Numbered from the stretch's first letter, positions 1 to 9,123 are shown. The stretch is DNA of 64,000 nt from Candidatus Falkowbacteria bacterium (GCA_003514005.1 DOSJ01000006.1:2281-66280), one strand, 5' to 3'. The notes: generated by a model not told the origin, from the sequence alone. A program made the numbers and translations.

Positions 1-2
1 AA

Positions 3-161
3 ATGCCAATCTCAATATCAATACTAATAGTAATTGCAATTGTTTTCATTGGTCTAAAAATAGGACTTTATAAAAAAAAGAATTTTAAAAATTTTCTTTT
101 GTCCGATAAAATGAAAACAAGGATATTAAAGGTAAAAAATTTTGATAATCCGAATGATTAA
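3..161 (+). CDS. Small hydrophobic ORF (52 codons, MPISISILIVIAIVFIGLKIG...) or C-terminal end of a gene that begins before the window
   Basis: Own frame-3 translation; one hydrophobic helix; TAA at 159-161 followed by a hairpin plus T-run terminator; below the ORF-track length cut-off. Confidence 0.3.
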   Translation: MPISISILIVIAIVFIGLKIGLYKKKNFKNFLLSDKMKTRILKVKNFDNPND

Positions 162-168
162 TCCATCT

Positions 169-206
169 AACCCTTGCCAATAATAAAAAGGCAAGGGTTT
201 TTTATT
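169..206 (+). terminator. Rho-independent terminator
   Basis: AACCCTTGCC (169-178) pairs with GGCAAGGGTT (190-199), 11-nt loop, followed by TTTTTATTT. Confidence 0.7.
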
Positions 207-240
207 TGAATTAATACTTATTTTTTGCTAAACTATTGCT

Positions 241-1272
241 ATGGATAATATTTTTAAAAAGAAAAAAAACATTGATTTTCAAAGTGATAGTTATCAAGAA
301 AACGGCGAGCCTAATACTCGGGAAGATGTGAATAAATCAGCAGATTCTGATTTTGCGAATTTCAAAGCCGATATCAAATCATATAATGATCCAGAGGGTT
401 TGACTGTGCGCAAAATGAGCATTGGTCTTTGGCTTGTGGCTAATCGGAAAAATTTTCGGATTATACTGACCGGTTTTTTGCTTTTAATCATTTTTATTAC
501 TTGGGGGAATTTTATTTTTACTTTTGGCCGTCATGTTTTTTTTGGAATCAAGCAAGATCAAAAGCTGTTTTCGGAGATGCTTTTGTATAATCAAGATTTA
601 TTCAATTATTTGCAATCCAAGCCTTTGAAAAATTTAATATTTTCAGATGCCGAATCAATCAAGATTGAAGAAGGCCGTTATGATTTTTATATCAAGATCA
701 GCAATCCAAATGAAAAATACTGGGCGCATTTTGATTATGTTTTTTTGGCCGGCAATACAAAGACCCGGCAGGCCAGCGGTTTTATTTTGCCAAATGAAAC
801 TAAATATATTGTTTTGCTTGGCGCGGATATAGAGAATGCCGGCGGTAATCCGTCATTGAAAATCGAACAAATGAATTGGCAAGAAGTTGATTATCATAAA
901 TTTAAAGACTGGGAAAAATTTGCCGCTTACCACCTAAAAATAAACACGGATAATATCCGCTACACGCCGGCGCAAGCCAGTAATCTTTCGGAAAAGATTA
1001 GCATTAACTCTCTGGATTTTAGCGCGACTAACAACACCGCGTATAATTACTGGGATATCGCTTTTGTGGCTTTGCTTTTTAATGACAACCGGATTATCGG
1101 CGTTAATCGCTATGCCGCGAATCGTTTTCTGTCCGGACAAACGCAAAATATCAGCATAACCTGGCCGGAAAATATCGGGCGCGTTTCCAATACCATGGTT
1201 ATTCCGGAAATAGACATTACTCGCGATGATATCTATATTCAATTTGACGGCGGAACCGGTACATCAAAATAA
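241..1272 (+). CDS. Hypothetical membrane-anchored protein (acidic N-terminus, one TM, large C-terminal domain)
   Basis: 343-aa ORF; hydrophobic stretch IILTGFLLLIIFITWGNFIFTF; no family motif recognised. Confidence 0.6.
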   Translation: MDNIFKKKKNIDFQSDSYQENGEPNTREDVNKSADSDFANFKADIKSYNDPEGLTVRKMSIGLWLVANRKNFRIILTGFLLLIIFITWGNFIFTFGRHVFFGIKQDQKLFSEMLLYNQDLFNYLQSKPLKNLIFSDAESIKIEEGRYDFYIKISNPNEKYWAHFDYVFLAGNTKTRQASGFILPNETKYIVLLGADIENAGGNPSLKIEQMNWQEVDYHKFKDWEKFAAYHLKINTDNIRYTPAQASNLSEKISINSLDFSATNNTAYNYWDIAFVALLFNDNRIIGVNRYAANRFLSGQTQNISITWPENIGRVSNTMVIPEIDITRDDIYIQFDGGTGTSK

Positions 1273-1360
1273 TGATTTTATGTTTTTGCTTCTTTAACTC
1301 ATTTTGTGGGTTTTTCAAATCTTTATCGGCCAAAAATCAATTATTTATTTTCAGTCTAAG

Positions 1361-1540
1361 TTGAGACTTGAGAAAAACCTCTTGTCATTCCCGCGCAGGC
1401 GGGAATCTCGGTTTTAAAAAAAACTGATTTTTGAGTTAAAGATTATTTAGCTAATGTTATCAAAAAATATTAAGTTATTTTTAACCAAGATTCCCGCCTG
1501 CGCGGGAATGACAGAAAAAAGAGTTTTTCTCAAGTCTCAA
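1361..1540. mobile_element. Hairpin-module MITE-like element, copy A (short module ... short module inverted), nested in an extra 18-bp perfect inverted repeat
   Basis: TTGTCATTCCCGCGCAGGCGGGAATC at 1382-1407 and its inverse GATTCCCGCCTGCGCGGGAATGACA at 1489-1513; outer TTGAGACTTGAGAAAAAC (1361-1378) matches the reverse complement at 1523-1540; intergenic. Confidence 0.75.
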
Positions 1541-1564
1541 GCTATAGAATGTTTTTAATAATAT

Positions 1565-2671
1565 ATGTTCTATAAGATATTATTATATTTAAAAAATCTT
1601 GACTGGATTATCTTGGCCAGTATTTTTTTGTTGGTGATTTTCGGTTTGGCGGAAATATATAGCATCGCCCTTAGTAACGATAGCTTAGGCTTTTTAAATT
1701 TCAAGAAACAATTGTTTTTTATCATCGTCGGTTTTTTGTTTTTGTTTATCTTTTCTTTGATTGATTATTATAATTTACGCGGTTTTAGCAATTACTTATA
1801 TATTATTAGCGTTATTCTATTAGCGAGCGTCTTATTTTTTGGCAATACGGTGCGCGGAACAACTGGTTGGTTTGATTTGGGATTTTTTCGTTTACAACCG
1901 GTAGAGTTTGTCAAGGTATTTCTTTTGATTTTTTTGGCAAAGTATTTTTCCAATGCTTCAATAAAACTGAATCCCTTGAAGCATATTTTGATTTCCGGCG
2001 CTTGCACGCTTGTCTTGATAGTTTTGATTTTGATGCAGCCGGATTTTGGTTCAGCTTTTTTATTGTTTATGCTATGGGGGATTATGATTTTTGTTGCCGG
2101 ATTTAATAAAAAATATATTATAATGATTGCGGCAACTTTGCTTATCGTGTTTTTGAGCGGTTGGTTTTTTTTCTTTGAAGATTATCAAAAACAAAGGCTT
2201 ATGACATTTTTTAATCCACAAAGCAATCCCTTGGCCGAGGGGTACAATGTTAATCAAGCGATTATTGCCGTAGGATCCGGCGGTTTGACTGGCAGGGGAA
2301 TCGGTTTTGGTTCCCAATCCCAGCTGAAATTTTTGCCGGAAGCGCAAAATGATTTTATTTTTGCCGTAATTGCGGAAGAATTAGGCTTTTTGGGGGTATC
2401 ATTAATAATTTTTTTCTTTGCGGTTTTTTATTTCCGGCTTTTACGTAATGCCTTTAAAATAGGCGATGATTTCGGCATTTTCTTTATAATTGGCGCCTTG
2501 GGCTTGATTTTTATGGAAATGTTTATTAATATAGGAATGAATATCGGTTTACTGCCGGTAGTCGGTATATCCCTGCCTTTTATCAGTTATGGCGGAAGCG
2601 CTATTATCTCTACTTTAATTATAGTAGGCCTTGCCGAAGGCATTATTGCAAGAGCGAGATTAAAAACTTAG
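1565..2671 (+). CDS. SEDS family peptidoglycan polymerase (FtsW/RodA/SpoVE)
   Basis: 368 aa, polytopic; motifs GSQSQLKFLPEAQNDFIFAVIAEELGFLG and LPFISYGGSAI typical of FtsW/RodA. Confidence 0.9.
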   Translation: MFYKILLYLKNLDWIILASIFLLVIFGLAEIYSIALSNDSLGFLNFKKQLFFIIVGFLFLFIFSLIDYYNLRGFSNYLYIISVILLASVLFFGNTVRGTTGWFDLGFFRLQPVEFVKVFLLIFLAKYFSNASIKLNPLKHILISGACTLVLIVLILMQPDFGSAFLLFMLWGIMIFVAGFNKKYIIMIAATLLIVFLSGWFFFFEDYQKQRLMTFFNPQSNPLAEGYNVNQAIIAVGSGGLTGRGIGFGSQSQLKFLPEAQNDFIFAVIAEELGFLGVSLIIFFFAVFYFRLLRNAFKIGDDFGIFFIIGALGLIFMEMFINIGMNIGLLPVVGISLPFISYGGSAIISTLIIVGLAEGIIARARLKT

Positions 2672-2692
2672 GGTATTTTAAAATTTCAATTT

Positions 2693-2786
2693 TTTCGTTT
2701 CTTTCGTATTATTTCGTTATTTTCGTGTATTTATTAAAAACAAGAGACACGAAAATAACGAAAAGATGCGAAATAAACGAAGTAAT
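2693..2786. repeat. ACGAA-phased long hairpin element, full copy 1
   Basis: T-rich arm TTCGTTATTTTCGTGT (2713-2728) pairs with ACACGAAAATAACGAA (2747-2762); arms extend with TTCGT/ACGAA units every 8-10 nt; begins 22 nt after the SEDS gene stop. Confidence 0.7.
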
Positions 2787-2822
2787 ATGTTTATATAAAT
2801 TAATTAATTTAAAAATAATCAA

Positions 2823-3494
2823 ATGGTAAAAAAGAAAACACTTGAAGTTCAGACAAGAACTGAAAAAAAAGTTAACTATAAGGATTTACGCAAAGAAGGC
2901 AAGGTGCCTGCGGTGGCTTATGGCAAAAAAATCGAAAATACTAATTTAATCGTTTCCGCGCTTGAGTTGGAAAAAGCTTATGCCGAAGTCGGTAGCGCGC
3001 ATTTGATCGATTTAAAGATTGACGGCAAAGATCCGGTAAAAGCGATTATTAAATTCGTGCAAAAAGATCCACTAAGAAACACGATTACACATGCGGATTT
3101 TTACCGTGTAAATATGCAAGAAAAACTCGAGGTAGAAACCCCTTTGCACTTTATCGGCGAACCGCGCGCGGTAAAAGAATTGGGCGGAGTATTGATTAAA
3201 TCCATGGAATCTTTACTGGTACGTTGTTTGCCAAGCGAGCTTTTGGATTTTATCGAAGTTGATTTGTCAGGATTGGATAGCTTTGAAGCAAGCGTCAAAG
3301 TTTCTGATTTAAAAATTCCGGCAAGTTTCGAATTGATTACACAATCAAACGCACTAGTCGCGAGCGTAGTCGAACCAAAGGTAGCGGTTGAAGAACCGGT
3401 AGTGGCAAAGCCTGTAGCAGAGGCAGACCCAAAAGCCACTAAGGGTGCTGATGGCAAGGAAAAAGTAGATCAAAAGAAAGGCGATAAAAAATAG
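2823..3494 (+). CDS. rplY: 50S ribosomal protein L25 / general stress protein Ctc
   Basis: 223 aa; LRKEGKVPAVAYGK, KFVQKDPLRNTITHADFYRV, long-form C-terminal domain with Lys/Ala/Glu tail. Confidence 0.88.
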   Translation: MVKKKTLEVQTRTEKKVNYKDLRKEGKVPAVAYGKKIENTNLIVSALELEKAYAEVGSAHLIDLKIDGKDPVKAIIKFVQKDPLRNTITHADFYRVNMQEKLEVETPLHFIGEPRAVKELGGVLIKSMESLLVRCLPSELLDFIEVDLSGLDSFEASVKVSDLKIPASFELITQSNALVASVVEPKVAVEEPVVAKPVAEADPKATKGADGKEKVDQKKGDKK

Positions 3495-3557
3495 TCTGGG
3501 CTTATAAGTTTTACTGTTTTCAATTATTTATTTTTTTGTTAGTATTGTGTTGACTAT

Positions 3558-3606
3558 AAACGAAGACACGAAAATAACGAAAATATACGAATTTAACGAA
3601 GTAATT
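3558..3606 (+). repeat. ACGAA-phased element, single arm (copy 2)
   Basis: AAACGAAGACACGAAAATAACGAAAATATACGAATTTAACGAAGTAAT; CG dinucleotides at 3561, 3569, 3578, 3588, 3597; near-identical to the right arms at 2747-2786 and 48415-48453. Confidence 0.65.
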
Positions 3607-3626
3607 TTTTTTGAATTTTTATTTTA

Positions 3627-4808
3627 ATGGATACAAAAGACAATAATCAAGATAAAAATCTTTTGATTAAAATCTCGGATAGCGACATAGCAAAAAGCGA
3701 TACGGAAAAAGATATTTTGAAAGACGAGCTTTTAAAGACAAAACAGAAAATGAAATTCTGGGCGATTATCGGCGCAGCACTATTGTTAACCTCAATAGTG
3801 CTTTCTGTTTTTGTGTATTATTTGCTTGCCGTTGATAATAAGTCTGCAAAAGCATCACAAAAACCTTTATCTTCTCTAGTAAATACAGAAGGCGGAGAAC
3901 CGGCGCTTAATACCGAAAATATGGCTAGGCGTTTGCTTGACGGTGTTTATGTAGAAAAAGGCAAAGAGAATATTTTTCCAATCGCGTTTATGATTGATAA
4001 TCATGTTGACGCCCGTCCACAAGCTGGTTTGGAAAAAGCTCAATTGATAATAGAGGCCGAGGCCGAAGGCGGAATTACGCGCTATCTGGCTGTGTTCGCG
4101 TCTGACGAAGACTTGGAAAAGATCGGCCCGATTAGAAGCGCGCGTCCGTATTTTATTGACTGGGCAAAGGAGCTATCCGCTTTGTACGTCCATGTCGGCG
4201 GCTCTCCGGACGCATTGGCAAAGATGATAAAAGAGAATACACTGCATATCAACGAATTTTATAACGGCGAATATTTTTGGCGCGGTACCGATTTTGTGGC
4301 GCCGCACAATGTTTTTACTTCGCGGGAAAAAATGTCTGAATATTTAGCCGGGAAAGAGTTGGAAACGGGTAAATTCTTTGAATGGAAATTTAAAGATGAT
4401 GCCAAAAAAGAGGATGTCGGCACATCAAGCTCTATCAGTATTGATTATGTAATTCCTGATTATGTGGTTCGCTGGCAATATAAAGCAGATACAAACAACT
4501 ATACTCGTTATCTGGGCGGAAAAAAACATCTGACCGTGAACGATACAGAGCTAATCGCAAAAAATGTTATCATTCAATATGTCAAAGGCGAGGTCTTGGA
4601 CGAAGCCAAGCGCCAGAGCTTTGAACATATCGGCACAGGCAAAGCGTTAGTCTGCTTGGATGGTTTTTGTTACAAAGGAACATGGAAGAAAAAAAGCGCG
4701 GAAGCCCGCACTCGTTTTTATACAGAAAATGATGAAGAATTTGAATTTAATGCCGGAAAAATCTGGGTAGAGGTTGTAAAACCGTGGTATACCGTAAAAA
4801 TAGAGTAA
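3627..4808 (+). CDS. DUF3048 domain protein (YerB-like), membrane anchored
   Basis: 393 aa; N-terminal TM; DNHVDARPQAGLEKAQLIIEAEAEGGITRYLAVF matches my memory of the DUF3048 core. Confidence 0.7.
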   Translation: MDTKDNNQDKNLLIKISDSDIAKSDTEKDILKDELLKTKQKMKFWAIIGAALLLTSIVLSVFVYYLLAVDNKSAKASQKPLSSLVNTEGGEPALNTENMARRLLDGVYVEKGKENIFPIAFMIDNHVDARPQAGLEKAQLIIEAEAEGGITRYLAVFASDEDLEKIGPIRSARPYFIDWAKELSALYVHVGGSPDALAKMIKENTLHINEFYNGEYFWRGTDFVAPHNVFTSREKMSEYLAGKELETGKFFEWKFKDDAKKEDVGTSSSISIDYVIPDYVVRWQYKADTNNYTRYLGGKKHLTVNDTELIAKNVIIQYVKGEVLDEAKRQSFEHIGTGKALVCLDGFCYKGTWKKKSAEARTRFYTENDEEFEFNAGKIWVEVVKPWYTVKIE

Positions 4809-5780
4809 TCAATTGATAGAAATTATAACTAGTCGATAATGACCGCCAAGGTCTTTTTTTATTTCAAAATTCGCTTTTGGTAGTTCTTGTTTGATTAATT
4901 TTGTGATGGATGTTTTTTGGGTGTGGTCGATTTCTAGGATTAGCTGTGTAGCTGGTAGCTGGTAGCATTTAGCTTTTAGGTGGTAACGGATGGAGTTTAT
5001 TTGTTTGAATAATATGCGGTAGTATTTTAGGCCGTCGCTGCCGGCAGTTAGAGCAAGGTGCGGTTCTTTTTGGATGCTTGGGGAATTTTTGATTTGCGTT
5101 GGGGTAAGGTAGGGGAGATTGGCGGTGATTATGATTTGCGATTTATGATTTTCGATTTTCGATTTATTTATAATGTTGATGATTGGATGTAGTAGGTTGC
5201 CTTGGTAAAATTTTATAAATCTATTAACTTTATTTAATTTGGCATTTTTTTTTGCGGTGGCAAGCGCTTTGGATGAAATATCTGATGCGATAAAAGTATA
5301 GTTCGAATTTTCCAATCCGCTATCTAAAATATTTTTAACAATAGCCGTAATAATACACCCGGAACCGGTCCCAATATCAATAAATATTGAATGTTGATTA
5401 TTGAATATTGAATATTTTAATGCTTCTTCAACCATCATCTCCGTTTCTGGTCTTGGAACAAGTACATTATTATTAATAAAAAATTTTAAACCATAAAAGT
5501 ATTTATATTCGGATATGTACGCAAACGGAGTATTGTTTACGCGTTGTTTAACTGCTGTTTTAAATTTTTTAAATTGTAATTGCGATATTTTTTTATTTGG
5601 ATAAGTCAATATATGCTCGCGCTCTTTCTTTAAAATATTGGATAATAAAAGCTCCGCCTCAAAAAGCGGATCTAATATCTTGTTTTTGCTTAATTGTTTC
5701 AAGGCAAATTGCAAAGCTTGTCTAATATTTAGAGAGTCGATTTTATTCATTTTGATTTTGCATTTTTTGTATTTCTTCAC
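4809..5780 (-). CDS. prmC: Release-factor glutamine N5-methyltransferase PrmC/HemK (variant NLPY motif)
   Basis: 323 aa; SAM motif [10 protein letters not shown]; catalytic-loop position reads ANLPYL instead of NPPY; directly downstream of and overlapping prfA; real start may be Met11 (5750). Confidence 0.8.
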   Translation of the reverse strand: MKKYKKCKIKMNKIDSLNIRQALQFALKQLSKNKILDPLFEAELLLSNILKKEREHILTYPNKKISQLQFKKFKTAVKQRVNNTPFAYISEYKYFYGLKFFINNNVLVPRPETEMMVEEALKYSIFNNQHSIFIDIGTGSGCIITAIVKNILDSGLENSNYTFIASDISSKALATAKKNAKLNKVNRFIKFYQGNLLHPIINIINKSKIENHKSQIIITANLPYLTPTQIKNSPSIQKEPHLALTAGSDGLKYYRILFKQINSIRYHLKAKCYQLPATQLILEIDHTQKTSITKLIKQELPKANFEIKKDLGGHYRLVIISIN

Positions 5781-6798
5781 GCACAGATTTTATGATGTCT
5801 TCAATATAACCATCCATGATCACGGCGATATTGCTCCAATTTTGTTTTATCCGGTGATCTGTTATGCGGTCTTGGGGAAAATTGTATGTGCGGATTTTTT
5901 CCGAACGGTCGCCGGATCCGATCTGGGATTTTCTTTTTGAAGCTTCTTCGTTATGTTGATCTTCTTCTATCTTTGCCAAAAGCCTTGAGCCCAAAACCAA
6001 CATCGCTTTTTCTTTGTTTTGATGTTGATCTTTTTGGTCTTGGCATTGTACGACAAGTCCGGTTGGAATATGCGTTATGCGGATAGCGGAGTTTGTGGTA
6101 TTGACTTTTTGTCCGCCCGGTCCGCTGGCGGCATAGGTGTCAATACGTAAATCTTCGGCACGGATTTCTATGTCTTGTTTTTCCGCTTCTGCTAAAACAG
6201 CCACGGTTGCCGCTGAAGTATGCACCCGGCCTTGTTTTTCGGTTTCCGGCACTCTTTGTACGCGATGGATACCGGCTTCGTATTTTAGTGTTCCGTAAAC
6301 GTCTTTGCCTTTTACCTCAAATACGATTTCTTTAAATCCGCCAATACCGATGCGATTCGAATCAAGAATACTGATTTTCCAGCCCTGCTTTTCCGCAAAA
6401 CGGGAATACATGCGAAAAAGCTCTGCGGCAAACAGAGCAGACTCGTCGCCACCAGTTCCGGCGCGAATTTCCATAATAATATTTTTTTTGTCATTCGGAT
6501 CTTTTGGGTTAAGCTCTGTGTTTATTTCTGAAATTAATTTTTGCTCTTTAGCAGTAAGATTCTCAAGATCAGACTTTATCATGCCAATCAGTTCACTGTC
6601 GGTTTCAGTTTTTAATAGCTCGCTATTATCACTAATTTGTTTGCTAATGTTTTCATATTCTAAAATCAACTCAATCACTGGCTTGAGGTCTGAATGCTTG
6701 CGCGATATTTCAGTATAACGGTTTATGTCCTTTGTAACATCCGGCAATGAAAGTTGTGTGCTTAATTCGTTAAATTGTTCTTTTATATTTTCGTACAT
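5743..6798 (-). CDS. prfA: Peptide chain release factor 1
   Basis: 351 aa; [20 protein letters not shown] (GGQ), [22 protein letters not shown] (PxT tripeptide region). Confidence 0.95.
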   Translation of the reverse strand: MYENIKEQFNELSTQLSLPDVTKDINRYTEISRKHSDLKPVIELILEYENISKQISDNSELLKTETDSELIGMIKSDLENLTAKEQKLISEINTELNPKDPNDKKNIIMEIRAGTGGDESALFAAELFRMYSRFAEKQGWKISILDSNRIGIGGFKEIVFEVKGKDVYGTLKYEAGIHRVQRVPETEKQGRVHTSAATVAVLAEAEKQDIEIRAEDLRIDTYAASGPGGQKVNTTNSAIRITHIPTGLVVQCQDQKDQHQNKEKAMLVLGSRLLAKIEEDQHNEEASKRKSQIGSGDRSEKIRTYNFPQDRITDHRIKQNWSNIAVIMDGYIEDIIKSVREEIQKMQNQNE

Positions 6799-6802
6799 GG
6801 GT

Positions 6803-6843
6803 TAGTGATTAGTTAATTAGGGATTAGGGGGGGGGCGAATAAA
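6803..6843. repeat. G9 homopolymer tract in a conserved context, copy 1
   Basis: TAGTGATTA...TTAGGGGGGGGGCGAATAAA; nine G at 6827-6835; the same flanks recur at 38437-38464; lies 29 nt upstream of the prfA start (as C9 on the coding strand). Confidence 0.6.
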
Positions 6844-6894
6844 ATTTGGTTTTTCCGATATGTGTACAGATTAATAATAAACTCTGTTCTCCTC

Positions 6895-7076
6895 TTGTCA
6901 TTCCCGCGCAGGCGGGAATCCAGGGGGAAAAGATCTGTGCATTATTAAACCTAATGACGTTTAAAAATATTCGAATCTTTTTCTCCTGGATTCCTGATCC
7001 CCGGCCAGCTCCGCTTGCGGGGCGGGCATTTAATATTTATAACCCTAGCGGGAATATTGTATGTCAGAAATGACAA
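6895..7076. mobile_element. Hairpin-module MITE-like element, copy B (short module ... degenerate long module)
   Basis: TTGTCATTCCCGCGCAGGCGGGAATCCAGGGGGAAAAG at the left end, CTGGATTCC...GCGGGAAT...GAAATGACAAAA at the right; architecture parallels copy E; between rpmE and prfA. Confidence 0.7.
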
Positions 7077-7086
7077 AAATGTGGTT

Positions 7087-7160
7087 ATAAAAAAACGGTT
7101 ATTTTTATTATGCTTCTTATGATAATTATATCATAATAAACAAAATAAAAATAACCGTTT
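7087..7160 (-). terminator. Terminator hairpin downstream of rpmE
   Basis: AACGGTTATTTTTATT (7094-7109) pairs with AATAAAAATAACCGTT (7144-7159); on the minus strand the stem is followed by a T-run (complement of AAAAAAA at 7089-7095). Confidence 0.55.
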
Positions 7161-7168
7161 TAATATTG

Positions 7169-7483
7169 CTATTTTTTATCAGCTTTTTTCTTTTTGTCTT
7201 TTGTTTCAATCGCGCTGGATTTTACGGCCGCTTTGGCTGCTCTTTTGGCTGTTTTGCCTTTTTTTGTACCGGAAAGTTTTTCAGTCACGTCTTTTTTTGC
7301 ATTAAACTTTTCAACGCGTCTTGCCGCATCTACTAATTTTTGTTTGCCGGTATAAAAAGGATGGCACTTTGAACAAAGCTCGGTTTTTATTTCCGCCAAG
7401 GTGGAGCCGGTTACAAAACTGTTTCCACATGCGCAACTTACGGTAGCATCCGTAAAATATTTCGGGTGAATATCGTTTTTCAT
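7169..7483 (-). CDS. rpmE: 50S ribosomal protein L31 with Lys-rich C-terminal extension
   Basis: MKNDIHPKY..., CxC...[13 protein letters not shown] zinc-ribbon motif. Confidence 0.92.
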   Translation of the reverse strand: MKNDIHPKYFTDATVSCACGNSFVTGSTLAEIKTELCSKCHPFYTGKQKLVDAARRVEKFNAKKDVTEKLSGTKKGKTAKRAAKAAVKSSAIETKDKKKKADKK

Positions 7484-7565
7484 AAAATTCGTTTATTTTT
7501 ACTATTAAATTTAATTACTTTATTGATGTTATCATATTTGATTAATTTTTGCAAGAGCATATATT

Positions 7566-7593
7566 TTGTGAAAAATAAAAAATATGTTATAAT
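7566..7593 (+). promoter_or_regulatory. Sigma-70-type promoter candidate
   Basis: TTGTGA (7566-7571), 16-nt spacer, TGTTATAAT extended -10 (TATAAT 7588-7593); 26 nt upstream of the 7620 start. Confidence 0.5.
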
Positions 7594-7619
7594 ATAAAAT
7601 GTAATTAAAACATATCCCC

Positions 7620-8429
7620 ATGGCAAAAAATAATAATAAAATTAGCAAAAATAATAAAGTTATAAACTTTATCCACTTCATGCAGAACGAATTCGGCGTG
7701 GGAAGTTTTAATGCTATTAAAAAAACTGAGCGCAAGATTGTTAAAAAAATCAATCGTGAACATCCTGTTGCCAGTGAGAAATTCCATAAAATTGGAAAAT
7801 TAATTGACGAAGCGTTAAAACATTTGCCTGACGAAGAAATTGTTTTCAAGGATCATGATGATAGACATTCAGACGATTGGAAAAAAACACATTCAGAAAT
7901 AAAAGATAAATTGCATAAAGAAAAAAATAATAACACTAGCGGCAAGATGTTGCTCGTTAGTTCCGAGAGAAAATCCGTCGAGAATATCAGTTTTAATTAT
8001 GATTGGAAAACATTGTCATTGGCGGTTTTTTTGTTTTCCATAATTCTGATGAACTGCTTTTTTTGCTTAAAACCACAAGCAGTCATTACGATATTGGCTT
8101 ACGCGGACAAGTTGGTCGCTTCCGAAAAACAGATTATTGAAAATAAACCAGAAAGCACCCTTCAAGTCGCAAAGTTAAATGAAATCGGAATAGGGGAAGC
8201 GGAAATTGCCGAAGCCAAGGCTCGTTTTATAAAAGAAAATCAAGAAAGCCTACGAAATAAAAAAGCGGTTGGCATTAGCGCCAAAGATTTGTTCGGACAA
8301 TTGGCAGATGCTAGTGTAGATGACGTCGTTAGTCAGTCAGATACAGCTAAATCCGGAAAAATTGATAAAATTGTAGATACAATAAAACTATCCTGGATTA
8401 ATTTTTTTAAAGAATTGAATTTAAAATAG
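7620..8429 (+). CDS. Hypothetical protein with one central TM
   Basis: 269-aa ORF; TM LSLAVFLFSIILMNCFFCL; no recognised motif. Confidence 0.55.
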   Translation: MAKNNNKISKNNKVINFIHFMQNEFGVGSFNAIKKTERKIVKKINREHPVASEKFHKIGKLIDEALKHLPDEEIVFKDHDDRHSDDWKKTHSEIKDKLHKEKNNNTSGKMLLVSSERKSVENISFNYDWKTLSLAVFLFSIILMNCFFCLKPQAVITILAYADKLVASEKQIIENKPESTLQVAKLNEIGIGEAEIAEAKARFIKENQESLRNKKAVGISAKDLFGQLADASVDDVVSQSDTAKSGKIDKIVDTIKLSWINFFKELNLK

Positions 8430-8432
8430 CCT

Positions 8433-8963
8433 ATGTTAACACAAGAGCGGTCATTGGAAAGAGTTGATGTCATGTCAGTCGCAAGATTTTTGGGGATTGC
8501 CACCGCTTCTAGTCTTATCCCGTTTTATATTCATCTGCAATGGCTTACCGGGCCACTGGTAAATGCGCTTTTAATTATAGCGCTTTTTTTAATCGGCATT
8601 CGGAGCGCTATGGTGTTGTGCGTAATACCCAGTCTAATGGCGTTAGCGGGCGGACTTATACCCGCCGTTCTTGCTCCGGTTGTACCGTTTATTATGCTTA
8701 GCAATATGTTGTTTGTGTTATGCATAGATCGTCTTTACTCATTTTTTAAAAATGACAACCAAGGTTATTGGCTGGGCGTCGCAGTCGGTTCGTTTATAAA
8801 ATTTATTTTTTTGTATTTCAGCGTTTCTTTCATGTCAAAATTGCTGATAAAGCAGGAACTGGCGCAGAAAGTCGCTCAGATGATGAGCTGGCCACAGTTG
8901 GCGACAGCTTTAAGCGGCGGATTAATCGCTTGGGCGGTTTTAAAATGGTTAAAAAGAATATGA
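8433..8963 (+). CDS. Polytopic integral membrane protein (about 5 TM), function unknown
   Basis: 176 aa, almost entirely hydrophobic helices; 3-nt gap from the upstream gene; followed by a terminator. Confidence 0.65.
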   Translation: MLTQERSLERVDVMSVARFLGIATASSLIPFYIHLQWLTGPLVNALLIIALFLIGIRSAMVLCVIPSLMALAGGLIPAVLAPVVPFIMLSNMLFVLCIDRLYSFFKNDNQGYWLGVAVGSFIKFIFLYFSVSFMSKLLIKQELAQKVAQMMSWPQLATALSGGLIAWAVLKWLKRI

Positions 8964-9018
8964 CTTATTAATATTAAATTAAATTTTATTTTAATATTTT
9001 TTAGTAAATTACATCTCT

Positions 9019-9046
9019 ACTCTTTGGTAAAAAAAGAGTTTTTTTA
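9019..9046 (+). terminator. Rho-independent terminator
   Basis: ACTCTTT (9019-9025) pairs with AAAGAGT (9033-9039), followed by TTTTTTT. Confidence 0.6.
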
Positions 9047-9123
9047 ATTATTTTTTAAAAAATAAGCTAATATTAAATAGTTTTTAATGATAAATAATTA
9101 TATAATAATTAAGCACAAAAGGC

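Noticed and set aside
2693-2786. ACGAA-type long hairpins considered as ordinary rho-independent terminators
   Set aside because: There is no U-run after the 3' arm on either strand, and the stems are very AT-rich and about 35 bp long. They were kept as a repeat family instead.
5638-6718. Plus-strand ORFs 5638-5940, 5886-6086 and 6305-6718, plus other nested antisense track ORFs throughout the window
   Set aside because: Each lies inside a longer ORF with clear family motifs on the opposite strand. There is no independent support for any of them.
6815-6835. TTAGGGATTAGGGGGGGGG, which looks like telomeric TTAGGG repeats
   Set aside because: There are only two units and they merge into the G9 tract. 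It is better explained by the shared G9 motif reported separately.
6846-7073. 75-aa ORF containing VIPAQAGIQ
   Set aside because: It lies entirely within MITE copy B, so the peptide is just a translation of the repeat hairpin. The same applies to 18884-19153 (copy C) and 27734-27928 (copy D).
7532-7849. 105-aa and 60-aa minus-strand ORFs overlapping the 7620 gene and its promoter
   Set aside because: They overlap a longer plus-strand ORF and a good promoter. The composition-driven hydrophobic sequence is typical of AT-rich antisense frames.
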